This document shows, in pieces, positions 26,055-34,381 of a stretch of 40,871 bases of DNA (position 1 is the first letter of the stretch; each line of letters opens with the position of its first letter). The position numbers and the translations under genes are program-made. The DNA is from a virus, in UHGV virus genome UHGV-1368307; one strand, given 5' to 3'. The notes under the pieces were generated by a model. That model was not told the origin of the DNA and did not search any database. It was given only the letters and a program-made list of their open reading frames with translations.

Positions 26055-26095
26055 TTGCTAAATTCACTTCATCAGCAGACAACGGAGCCTATGAA

Positions 26096-26308
26096 ATGAA
26101 TGTAGAGCAAATGCTTTCCGAGAACGGAACTGTCCACAAAATTGCGATGGATATTGATCGTGTAATCAATGCGCTTGAGTACGCAGAATCAGATCCAGAT
26201 GTTGCATATAAACCAGCGGCACTCATTAAAATTTGTATCAATCAGTTAAGGGATAATCTTTCTGTTCTAAACCATGAACTTGGTTATGATTGGCCGGAGA
26301 ATAAATAA
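26096..26308 (+). CDS. Hypothetical 70-aa acidic protein, first early-left gene. Real start ATG at 26096.
   Basis: GGAG RBS. Not Arg-rich, so not N-like. Confidence 0.5.
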   Translation: MNVEQMLSENGTVHKIAMDIDRVINALEYAESDPDVAYKPAALIKICINQLRDNLSVLNHELGYDWPENK

Positions 26309-26728
26309 ATGAAAACTCCATTAGACATGCTTCATGATATCGTCGCTCAGATTCCCGAAGGCAATACTCTTCTGGAAATGATTTATAAAAACACCGAAGA
26401 AATGAACGAGGAAACTGATTGCGGCTTAGCCTGCCTCATTCGCTCTTTCGATAAAACCCGTGAAACAGCTTACGCATACATCGAAGAGTTAGCAAATAAT
26501 GCAAAGACAGTTACCCCCCCCATCGGGAATAGAGATGATATTGCCGATGATATTTTTTATGCCACAGTCAGCGCTGCAAAACTCAGGGAACTGGCTCACG
26601 TATATAACGAATCATATTTTTCAGGAAAAGACAGTGATGACGCTGATTGCCTAATGGCATCACTTATTTTCGATAATATCATTAAGGTACATGAATTACT
26701 GAAAAGCATCGAAATAAAATTAAATTAA
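26309..26728 (+). CDS. Hypothetical 139-aa acidic protein.
   Basis: TAAATG start/stop overlap with the upstream gene. AT-rich. Confidence 0.5.
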   Translation: MKTPLDMLHDIVAQIPEGNTLLEMIYKNTEEMNEETDCGLACLIRSFDKTRETAYAYIEELANNAKTVTPPIGNRDDIADDIFYATVSAAKLRELAHVYNESYFSGKDSDDADCLMASLIFDNIIKVHELLKSIEIKLN

Positions 26729-26797
26729 TTAATAGGTAGTTTAAATCACACCATCCCTGGTGGGGATACGTGCAACCAAATTTCAGAGGAGATTGAA

Positions 26798-27457
26798 ATG
26801 AACCAATCTGAAATAGATAGTCTTCTTGAATCAAAAGTTTCGCGGCGTAGGCATTTAAAAAGCCTGGAGTATGGTGTTGGTCATTATGACGTAGAATTCC
26901 CCAGCACTATTATCATCGACGGAATAATGTGCCACCACAGCGCTCACCGTCGTTGGAGCGGCATGTTATCTCGCTGCTACAAACCGCACACAGAACAGTT
27001 AGAGCACAGTTACGCCGGATGTACTGTTGCCGAAGAGTGGCTGCGATTCTCAAACTTTCTGGCGTTCTGGAAAGAAAATTATCGCGATGGATATGTGCTA
27101 GATAAGGACCTGCTACACCCTGGTAACAAGATATATGGTCCTGAATACTGCGTATTTGTTCCCCCAGCACTTAACTTATTTACAGGTGATCGCGCCCGTT
27201 TACGAGGGAAATACCCACAGGGTGTTATCTGGCATAAACAGTCCGGTAAGTTTCGGGCACGAATCAACGTAAACGGAAAGATTTCACACCTTGGGCTTTT
27301 CAACACCACACAGGAAGCCCACTTAGCCTGGCACACAGCCAAGATGCAACAGGCTAAGGACTGGAAGCCCACATGTGATGAGATTCACCCACTACTACAT
27401 GCAGGCCTGATGAAAAAAATAGCGGGAATGCAACAGCGATTTACTCAACCACGTTAA
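26798..27457 (+). CDS. AP2-domain protein, a putative homing-endonuclease-like DNA-binding protein with no clear HNH core.
   Basis: VIWHKQSGKFRARINVNGKISHLGLFNTTQEAHLAW AP2 domain, similar to the AP2 domains of the two HNH_3 proteins. GAGGAG RBS. Confidence 0.55.
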   Translation: MNQSEIDSLLESKVSRRRHLKSLEYGVGHYDVEFPSTIIIDGIMCHHSAHRRWSGMLSRCYKPHTEQLEHSYAGCTVAEEWLRFSNFLAFWKENYRDGYVLDKDLLHPGNKIYGPEYCVFVPPALNLFTGDRARLRGKYPQGVIWHKQSGKFRARINVNGKISHLGLFNTTQEAHLAWHTAKMQQAKDWKPTCDEIHPLLHAGLMKKIAGMQQRFTQPR

Positions 27458-27593
27458 CCAACTTTTAAATGGGTAAGTAAATGTTAATCGATAAAGCGGC
27501 ATACAAAACAGCATGTCTTTTCTTTATGGTCTATGGCGACGAGTACCGCCATATATCTGACCTTTTCATGCGTAAAGCTTACGGAGTCTGAAT

Positions 27594-27797
27594 ATGCTCA
27601 GTAGAGACAGTTCTCTAGAAACCGCAAAAAATACAGCAGATAACCTTTATCAATTAATGGAGTTAATCAACTCCAATATTATTGATATGGATATCGAGCA
27701 AATAATTTCCCTGTCTGGCCTCTGCCTTGATTTATCGGCTCAGGTTTCAATGTGGATGGATTCGGAGTTTGAACGCCGTGAAAAACAACGTAATTGA
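27594..27797 (+). CDS. Hypothetical 67-aa protein.
   Basis: GGAG RBS. Confidence 0.45.
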   Translation: MLSRDSSLETAKNTADNLYQLMELINSNIIDMDIEQIISLSGLCLDLSAQVSMWMDSEFERREKQRN

Positions 27798-28188
27798 AAC
27801 TTACCGACGCCGAATTTTAAAGGCAGCGTTATTACGCCACCAGCGTAAAACGGGTACTAACTGCCTTGTTATTAAGCTCAATAAAGGCGGTATTAACACG
27901 GTCGAGTTAACAGAGATTCTTCTCGATGGATTATTACGAAAATTCGAAAGGCTCGCGATCAGTGAGTACGGGAATGTCGAAGGCGTAAAAGCTATCAAAG
28001 GAATTTACAGCAGCGCTGTTGATGTTAATGGCAGCGGTGAATTCCTCACAGATAGCGGAAAGGAATTAATAGACGAGCTCATTTCTGAGCTGGTTGAGTT
28101 CGTCAGAAAACAAAAAGTAGAGGCTCCGAAAACGGAGGGTCATGAAATGGGGGGATCTGATGGCACTGACAGCGATACGAATTCCTGA
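27781..28188 (+). CDS. Hypothetical 135-aa protein with an acidic Gly/Asp-rich C-terminus. Probable GTG start at 27781 overlapping the upstream stop.
   Basis: The track ORF begins at 27727. GGAG lies 10 nt before the GTG. Confidence 0.45.
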   Translation, partial: KNNVIETYRRRILKAALLRHQRKTGTNCLVIKLNKGGINTVELTEILLDGLLRKFERLAISEYGNVEGVKAIKGIYSSAVDVNGSGEFLTDSGKELIDELISELVEFVRKQKVEAPKTEGHEMGGSDGTDSDTNS

Positions 28189-28381
28189 GTGGGTTCACCT
28201 CAAAGCAGCACACGTTTTAAGCCAGTTCAGAGCAAGGCGCATTCACCCCTGCCGAATGCACGGCTCCGGGAATTTGAGCCTCAAAGTTAACCATCGCTGG
28301 CGGCTACTCTCCCGCGATGGCGGCAAGAACTGGGAAGTAATGAGTCACGAACGATACAGCAAAGTTAAGGACCGGAAATGA
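28142..28381 (+). CDS. Hypothetical basic 79-aa protein overlapping the upstream gene by 47 nt.
   Basis: GGAGGG lies 3 nt upstream of the ATG. Its C-terminal NHRWRLLSRDGGKNWEVMSHERY loosely recalls a RelE/ParE-fold C-terminus. Confidence 0.4.
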   Translation: MKWGDLMALTAIRIPEWVHLKAAHVLSQFRARRIHPCRMHGSGNLSLKVNHRWRLLSRDGGKNWEVMSHERYSKVKDRK

Positions 28382-28791
28382 AAGATAAACGCACCGTAAG
28401 CATGATTGACCTGGCATTACAGAAACACGATACGCCAGTTGGCCCACTGTTCGTAGCAGTACGTCACGGTCGTATCAAAAAATGCTTCACGCGAGATACG
28501 GCGATCCGCTATCTGGCTTTCTTCATGACCACCGAGGCTTTTGAGCGTTCAGGTTTTCCGCAGCATCACCCGCGAGTGCGTATTGATCGCGATGATATGG
28601 AGGTATGGCGAGACGGGGAAACAAAGGCTGAGTATCTGGCCGCCCACCAGCGTTGTGTTCGCCGTCTGCGTCGTATCCTGGCGCGCAAGCGAGAAATGGA
28701 AAAATGGTGTGAAAAATGGGGCGCGATGCACGAGCGTTACGTCAAAGAAGTAGATGCATTGCAAGCCATCAAACCAGAAGGAGTGCATTAA
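28378..28791 (+). CDS. Hypothetical 137-aa protein.
   Basis: ATGA overlap upstream and TAATG overlap downstream. Confidence 0.5.
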   Translation: MKDKRTVSMIDLALQKHDTPVGPLFVAVRHGRIKKCFTRDTAIRYLAFFMTTEAFERSGFPQHHPRVRIDRDDMEVWRDGETKAEYLAAHQRCVRRLRRILARKREMEKWCEKWGAMHERYVKEVDALQAIKPEGVH

Positions 28792-29369
28792 TGGTTGATT
28801 CAAGCTTTACCCCAGAGCCTACATCATCCGGCATCCGTTTTGGTAACCGAGTTATTGGTTATTCAGTTGCGGTTCGCCAGCTCGACAACGGTAATTATGA
28901 CAAACGAATTCCGGATGGACTTGAACTGTTGGCTTGCATTATGGAAGGGATTGAAAGCGGCTGGTTTAACCCGGGCATCGAGAAAGAAATCATTCTTTGG
29001 CGCTGGATGCTGGTTGCCGTCTTTATTACGGAAGAGCAGGAAAAGAACGGGACCAGTGAGGTGGCCAACGATTCAGGAGGTTTCGACAAAGCAGTTATCT
29101 ACTCCGGCCAGCACGGTTCAATCAGTATTTATCCTGCGCCAGAGCGATTCGCACTTGCTAATCATGTGGAAGGTATTGCCATTGAGAAATACGGCCAGGA
29201 GCTTGGTCAGCAGATGGCTCTGCGCATGTACAAGGGCATGTTAGCGGAAGACGAAGTGCAGGGGCTTCAGCTGTCACAATTTGGCCGGGAGGGTTTTAAT
29301 TTGCTGCACGACAGTTTCATCGAACAGATTCAGAAAGAAGGCATGCCTGACATGCCAGTTATGCACTGA
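28791..29369 (+). CDS. Hypothetical 192-aa protein. Real start ATG at 28791.
   Basis: AAGGAG RBS. Confidence 0.5.
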   Translation: MVDSSFTPEPTSSGIRFGNRVIGYSVAVRQLDNGNYDKRIPDGLELLACIMEGIESGWFNPGIEKEIILWRWMLVAVFITEEQEKNGTSEVANDSGGFDKAVIYSGQHGSISIYPAPERFALANHVEGIAIEKYGQELGQQMALRMYKGMLAEDEVQGLQLSQFGREGFNLLHDSFIEQIQKEGMPDMPVMH

Positions 29370-29376
29370 GGTGATT

Positions 29377-29613
29377 ATGAGCGACGTTGTTCTTCTGGTA
29401 CCGAATGACTGGGTTAGCGAAAAGGTTCTGATTGCGGTTACCGGGCTCAAGCCCGGAACCATCCTCCGGGCTAGAAAAGAATGCTGGCTGGTTGGGCGGG
29501 AATATGTGCATGTTTCACCTGACGGAAATCCGAAACCTTCCAGCGAGTGCATGTATAACCGTAAAGCGGTCGATGCGTGGGTGGCCTCAATGAAAAACAA
29601 ACAGCCTGGGTGA
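29377..29613 (+). CDS. xis: Excisionase-like small DNA-binding protein.
   Basis: 78 aa, immediately upstream of int. GAGGTG RBS. Confidence 0.55.
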   Translation: MSDVVLLVPNDWVSEKVLIAVTGLKPGTILRARKECWLVGREYVHVSPDGNPKPSSECMYNRKAVDAWVASMKNKQPG

Positions 29614-29668
29614 TCTGAGGCCATGAAAAAGGTAATCTCATATCGCTCTTGGGCGTCTGGAGGAATCA

Positions 29669-30982
29669 ATGGATAAAGTTATATATCCAACAGGCGTCGA
29701 AAACCACGGTGGCACATTGCGCATCTGGTTTAATTTCAAAGGTAAGCGTGTCAGGGAGAGCCTCGGTGTCCCTGACACCGCTAAGAACAGGAAGATCGCC
29801 GGGGAACTGCGGACATCGGTATGCTTTGCCATCAGAACAGGCACATTTGAGTACGCGGCACAGTTTCCGGACTCCCCTAACCTCAAGACTTTTGGGGTGG
29901 GTAAGAAAGAAATTACAGTGTCAGAGCTTGCCGAAAAGTGGCTGGATCTGAAGAGAATGGAAATCTGCGCGAACGCACTCAACCGTTATGAGTCAGTCGC
30001 AAGGAATATGGTGCCAAGGATCGGGGGTAATCGGCTGGTGTCGTCGGTGACTAAAGAGGAATTACTGTATATCAGGAAAGATTTACTGACCCGTCACCAG
30101 ATGCCAATGAAGGGGAAGGTACCGGCAAAGGGACGAAGTGTTGTCACCGTAAATTATTACATGACAACGATTGCCGGAATGTTTCAGTTTGCCGCAGATC
30201 ACGGTTACTTAGAGGCGAACCCATTCGACGGGATCAAGCCTCTTAAAAAAGCCAGGGCAGAGCCAGATCCGCTAACTCGTGACGAATTTATTCGCCTGAT
30301 TGATGCATGCCGGCATCAGCAGACGAAAAACCTGTGGTCACTTGCAGTATACACAGGGGTGCGTCATGGGGAGCTGACCTCCCTGGCCTGGGAGGATATC
30401 GATCTTGAAGCTGGAACAATAACAATCAGGCGTAATTATACAAAACTGGGTGAATTCACTCTACCGAAAACTGAGGCCAGTACCAACAGAGTGATACACC
30501 TCATTCAGCCTGCGATCAGCGTCCTGAGGAATCAGGCGGAAATGACCAGGCTTGGAAAAAAGCATCAGATCGATGTTCAGCTGCGCGAATATGGCAGAAC
30601 TGAGAGCCACGAGTGTACATTTGTTTTCAACCCTCAACTGGTCAGAAAATGTCAGCAGGTGGGGATCATCTACAAAGTCGACTCGATAGGTGATTTATGG
30701 GACGCAGCGATGAAGCGAGCAGGGATAAGGCACAGGAAAGCATATCAGTCGCGTCACACGTATGCGTGCTGGTCACTGTCAGCTGGCGCTAACCCCAGCT
30801 TCATTGCCAGTCAGATGGGCCATGCGAGCGCCCAGATGGTCTTCAACGTATACGGTGCGTGGATGGCAGACAGCAGTAGTGAGCAGATCGCAATGCTGAA
30901 TCAGAGGCTCGCGGATTTTGCCCCACAGATGCCCCAAAGCATACATAGCAGCGCCAGAGCATTATTGAAATCAGTAAGTTAG
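29669..30982 (+). CDS. int: Tyrosine integrase, lambda Int family, with an N-terminal arm-binding domain.
   Basis: MDKVIYPTGVENHGGTLRIWFNFKGKRVRESLG arm-binding domain. Catalytic RHTYACW and C-terminal Tyr region. GGAGG RBS. Confidence 0.9.
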   Translation: MDKVIYPTGVENHGGTLRIWFNFKGKRVRESLGVPDTAKNRKIAGELRTSVCFAIRTGTFEYAAQFPDSPNLKTFGVGKKEITVSELAEKWLDLKRMEICANALNRYESVARNMVPRIGGNRLVSSVTKEELLYIRKDLLTRHQMPMKGKVPAKGRSVVTVNYYMTTIAGMFQFAADHGYLEANPFDGIKPLKKARAEPDPLTRDEFIRLIDACRHQQTKNLWSLAVYTGVRHGELTSLAWEDIDLEAGTITIRRNYTKLGEFTLPKTEASTNRVIHLIQPAISVLRNQAEMTRLGKKHQIDVQLREYGRTESHECTFVFNPQLVRKCQQVGIIYKVDSIGDLWDAAMKRAGIRHRKAYQSRHTYACWSLSAGANPSFIASQMGHASAQMVFNVYGAWMADSSSEQIAMLNQRLADFAPQMPQSIHSSARALLKSVS

Positions 30983-31205
30983 TTAATAACGCCCGACATG
31001 TTAACTGCGTGACGCGGCAATTTTAAAAATCACTAAAGAACGCCCAAGAGCATGTGTATTCTTTATGATTATCAATGACATAAAATTAACTTCATATGAA
31101 AATCACCAAAGTTCATATGAGTAAAAATGTCCCACTCATGCCCCAAACCGTCTCAAAAACAATTTTTTTGCCCCATCCATGCCCCATAGCTCTCTTCTGA
31201 AATGC
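30983..31205. other. Candidate attP region.
   Basis: AT-rich non-coding DNA directly after int. Repeats ttcatatga (31091 and 31111) and catgcccca (31137 and 31169) look like arm-type/IHF-type sites. The core cannot be defined without the host sequence. Confidence 0.35.
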
Positions 31206-31219
31206 TATATACCTAACCG

Positions 31220-31248
31220 TTGACACTGTACAAATAACCAGTATAAAT
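31220..31248 (+). promoter_or_regulatory. Sigma-70 promoter (TTGACA-17-TATAAA) with an embedded LexA box CTGTACAAATAACCAG at 31226..31241.
   Basis: Hexamers with a 17-bp spacer. The CTGT-N8-CCAG box lies between -35 and -10 and is nearly identical to the SOS box I recall for chromosomal dinI. Confidence 0.6.
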
Positions 31249-31283
31249 TCTCTTTAAAAATACAGTCGTTTCCGGAGGTCTTT

Positions 31284-31550
31284 ATGTTCGTTGAGCTGGT
31301 CTATGACAAGCGTAATGTTGATGGTTTGGTTGGCGCCAGAGAAATCATCCTGGCTGAACTGACGAAGCGGGTACACCAGATTTTCCCTGATGCCGAAGTG
31401 AAGGTGAAGCCGATGCAGGCAAACGGCTTAAATAGCGATGCCAGCAAAAGCGATCGCGAAAAGCTCAACCGCATGCTGGAGGAAATGTTTGAAGAGTCCG
31501 ATATGTGGTTGGTCTCAGAGTTCCCGACCGTTCGCCAGGTTGGCCTTTAA
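31284..31550 (+). CDS. dinI: DinI-family SOS-inducible protein (moron).
   Basis: 88 aa. IFPDAEVKVK...EESDMWLVSE matches the DinI pattern (FPD...W.VSE). GGAGG RBS. Has its own promoter and terminator. Confidence 0.7.
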   Translation: MFVELVYDKRNVDGLVGAREIILAELTKRVHQIFPDAEVKVKPMQANGLNSDASKSDREKLNRMLEEMFEESDMWLVSEFPTVRQVGL

Positions 31551-31604
31551 ATCTTGTTCGGATAATATTCCCAGTGTTTGCTCGGGCATGAACACTGAGC
31601 AATC

Positions 31605-31647
31605 AACCGCCGCTCATTCTTACACAAAATGGGCGGCGGTTTTTTTA
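31605..31647 (+). terminator. Terminator after the dinI-like gene.
   Basis: accgccgc / gcggcggt 8-bp stem followed by T7. Confidence 0.5.
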
Positions 31648-32952
31648 CGATCCCTGTTCCTGCTTTAAAGCCTCTTCCGTTTGTTTCTGTTTCTGATTCC
31701 AGATGCTGTCAGCTGGCATTTCCACTCGGACACTTACAAACTGGTCAGACGGGATATCAACCAGGTCTCCATCAGCTAACCCCTCCCGCTCATTTCTGGC
31801 AAAAGCAGGTGCTGAAGGATGTGTGCGGTGGTAGGTTTTCACCAAGATAGAACCGTCAGCCTTAACCTCATAGTCCAGCCAGATTAAAGGCTGCTTATTT
31901 CGATCAGAGGGTATTTCAAAGCCGCCATCAATCCCACCCCATGCAGCGTCAGCATTCAGCCCCATACACCCTTCAATCAGATACTCACCGATAGCCTGGC
32001 GGGTTACAGTGCATCCTTCAGATTCATCGTTAAGCTGACACGAACCATCACCGAACAACTGTACAATCGGAGAAGCGGCTTTTAACGTACCGTCAGATGC
32101 ACGGGTCGTATTTCCAGTGTGGTAAATCTGCATCCAGCCAGAATCATTACCATCCGCCATACTCATGAACTGAATAATTTTCCCGCTAAGAATCAGCGCA
32201 GCAAATGATTGTTGCGCTGCCGGAGTGCTTCCACTCCCAATATTACGGTCTGATAACCGTATACCAGAACCATACATTCCAGGACCACCAGAAGTTGCGG
32301 GAGTAACGTTACAAAAACGGGTTCCCTGGCTTTTATCCCAGATATCTGAAATTACGGGAAGATTTTTTGAACCGACACCAAATGACCCGGTGGCCAGTAC
32401 ATCATTATCCCCTTCACCAGTATTTTTAGTTGCCGCATTTCCCAGACCGAGTTTTGTACGCGCTCCAGCGGCAGTCTTATCACCAGTCCCCCCCTGTGAA
32501 ATACTTAGCGCTGTAGTTAGCCCGGAAAGGCTGGTAATGTCGCTGTTATCCCCTTTCTTCGCCAGCGATTTTTGACCCGGCACGGTAACGGCAGTGCCGT
32601 TGATAGTGATGGTGACATCAGATGTCCCGTTCATTACATCAGCGAACCCGCTCATGTAGCGCTGGTACATCGTGAAGGTTTCAGCGATATCCTGCGCCAG
32701 CCCATCCACGCTCAGACTGTCACTCAGAAGAATGGCAAATCGGGTTCCGGCGGGAACTGCTGGGTTAGCCGCTGGCGTTACGGTGAGACTTGTTGCGCTG
32801 CCAATGGTGGTAATCTGAAATACCTGCACAGGGCTGGTCATTGCAATAACGGTACAGCCGTTACGAATAAGAGAACCAGCAGCAGTGAAGTTTGTGCCGG
32901 TACCTGTAAGGGTGTTTCCGCTGATGGCGATAGTGCCAGTAGTATAAATCAT
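31645..32952 (-). CDS. Side tail fibre protein. Real start ATG at 32952.
   Basis: 435 aa, Gly/Thr/Ser-rich, with the KLGLGNAATKN motif seen in lambdoid Stf proteins. GGAG RBS. Confidence 0.7.
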   Translation of the reverse strand: MIYTTGTIAISGNTLTGTGTNFTAAGSLIRNGCTVIAMTSPVQVFQITTIGSATSLTVTPAANPAVPAGTRFAILLSDSLSVDGLAQDIAETFTMYQRYMSGFADVMNGTSDVTITINGTAVTVPGQKSLAKKGDNSDITSLSGLTTALSISQGGTGDKTAAGARTKLGLGNAATKNTGEGDNDVLATGSFGVGSKNLPVISDIWDKSQGTRFCNVTPATSGGPGMYGSGIRLSDRNIGSGSTPAAQQSFAALILSGKIIQFMSMADGNDSGWMQIYHTGNTTRASDGTLKAASPIVQLFGDGSCQLNDESEGCTVTRQAIGEYLIEGCMGLNADAAWGGIDGGFEIPSDRNKQPLIWLDYEVKADGSILVKTYHRTHPSAPAFARNEREGLADGDLVDIPSDQFVSVRVEMPADSIWNQKQKQTEEALKQEQGS

Positions 32953-32967
32953 GTTTTCTCCAGGCAA

Positions 32968-32992
32968 TAAAAAAACCCGCCGGAGCGGGGTT
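32968..32992 (-). terminator. Rho-independent terminator between the Cor-like gene and the stf start.
   Basis: aacccgc-cgga-gcggggtt hairpin followed by T8 on the minus strand. Confidence 0.5.
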
Positions 32993-33010
32993 TGTTCAAA
33001 ACTGAATGGG

Positions 33011-33244
33011 TTAGTGGCAGGTGGTGCTGGTGAACGTGTTGGCGCTCACCCATGACCAGTTAAAGGGATAACCGGCGCGGTACTGCGTCTGATTGTTTTG
33101 TTTACGGACTCCGTAGATCTGGACGCTGCTTTCCTGTCCGCCGACCAGGGCTGTTCCGGTGCATACGGGTTGCTGCTTCTCAATAACGCCAGCGCAACCG
33201 GAGAGCAATACCGCTACCGCCAGGCAAAGAATCATATTTTTCAT
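33011..33244 (-). CDS. Small lipoprotein of 77 aa, a possible Cor-like superinfection-exclusion protein. Real start ATG at 33244.
   Basis: MKNMILCLAVAVLLSGC lipobox. Sits in the position Cor occupies next to tail-fibre genes in phi80/N15-like phages. AT-rich upstream region with the palindrome ttgatcg-N6-cgatcaa. Confidence 0.4.
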   Translation of the reverse strand: MKNMILCLAVAVLLSGCAGVIEKQQPVCTGTALVGGQESSVQIYGVRKQNNQTQYRAGYPFNWSWVSANTFTSTTCH

Positions 33245-33351
33245 AGTGGTTATATCCCAGGGCATTCATGAAACTACACAATAACAATATGAATCAATGG
33301 GATATAATTTATTTGGTAGATCATTTATTCAAAATTGATCGCTAAAAACGA

Positions 33352-34023
33352 TCAATCATAATTGGCGCAGTTAATGGCCATAATCACGTTCCTCAGATTC
33401 GAATACGCGACGTTCTGAAGGTTGCCGCCGGGGGTTGTCTGCGGCCTGGCGAATATCCGCGTATTGCTTCCCTCAAGTTTTGCCATGCTCTTGTATATGG
33501 CCGAGTAGGGCTGCGGTTGACCGCCAGCCGATACAACCCCGGTAATTAGCCCCAGCATGGCAGGCATGCAGGCCCACTTCCCCGCCAGAGTTGTATTGAT
33601 GTTGTATCCTGAGCTGGCATCCACCCCGGCGGTACCGAGGGTGACAACATCGCTCAGCGTGCGCGTTTCGTTTGTTAAAATCAGCGTCCCTGATGCATCC
33701 CACACAGCCAGCCCGTAGTCTGGCTTTGTCTGCGGGAAAATAGAGAAAAAATAAACGTACGCTGTGCCGGTTGCATTCGGTCTGAGAAAATCAATCGTGA
33801 TGGTGTTCCCGCTTATCGTCTGAGTGATTTCGACCTCAACCGTGCAATGAACGAAGGCGACAACAGGCTGACCTGCGGGGAATGTGTGCGTCACTTTGGT
33901 ATTAAACCCCGATGTTCCCTGAAGTGCCGCTGTCTTTCGTGCCTGTAGAGCGATTGGCGAGCTGTTCGCAGTCACCCATACTTCCCCGCTAGTCGTCGTC
34001 AGTAAAACGCCATACTCCGCCAT
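33352..34023 (-). CDS. Hypothetical tail-region protein of 223 aa, paralogous at its N-terminus to the 34024..34338 gene.
   Basis: Both begin MAEYGV. Tightly packed after J. Confidence 0.5.
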   Translation of the reverse strand: MAEYGVLLTTTSGEVWVTANSSPIALQARKTAALQGTSGFNTKVTHTFPAGQPVVAFVHCTVEVEITQTISGNTITIDFLRPNATGTAYVYFFSIFPQTKPDYGLAVWDASGTLILTNETRTLSDVVTLGTAGVDASSGYNINTTLAGKWACMPAMLGLITGVVSAGGQPQPYSAIYKSMAKLEGSNTRIFARPQTTPGGNLQNVAYSNLRNVIMAINCANYD

Positions 34024-34338
34024 TTATGCCCTCTCGATCTGGAAAATGAGATAAGCCGCTGCCGCAGGCTCAGTCCCTGCTGAGTAGTCGGTATCGCCTA
34101 CTGCTGACACTGTTGCGGTTCCCCCCAAAATAGTGATCTTCCTCCGACTCGTTCCAAACTGATCACCGTTCATGCTCTGAAAATAGGTCAGCCTGCAACC
34201 CGGTGGAAGCGCTACGGTGTAAGAGCCTGTTTTCTGGTTCTGGGCCAGCTGGAGATAGCCACAAACGCTGACAGGCTTAACGCCATAGTTATTTACATTG
34301 CCTGAGGCGTCCCATGTCTGAACACCATATTCCGCCAT
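34024..34338 (-). CDS. Hypothetical tail-region protein of 104 aa (paralog pair).
   Basis: Begins MAEYGVQTWDASGN; the neighbour begins MAEYGVLLTTTSGEVW. Confidence 0.5.
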   Translation of the reverse strand: MAEYGVQTWDASGNVNNYGVKPVSVCGYLQLAQNQKTGSYTVALPPGCRLTYFQSMNGDQFGTSRRKITILGGTATVSAVGDTDYSAGTEPAAAAYLIFQIERA

Positions 34339-34381
34339 CCAGTCCTCCTGAAAAAAAAGAGGCCCCGTAAGAGGCCTCCCG

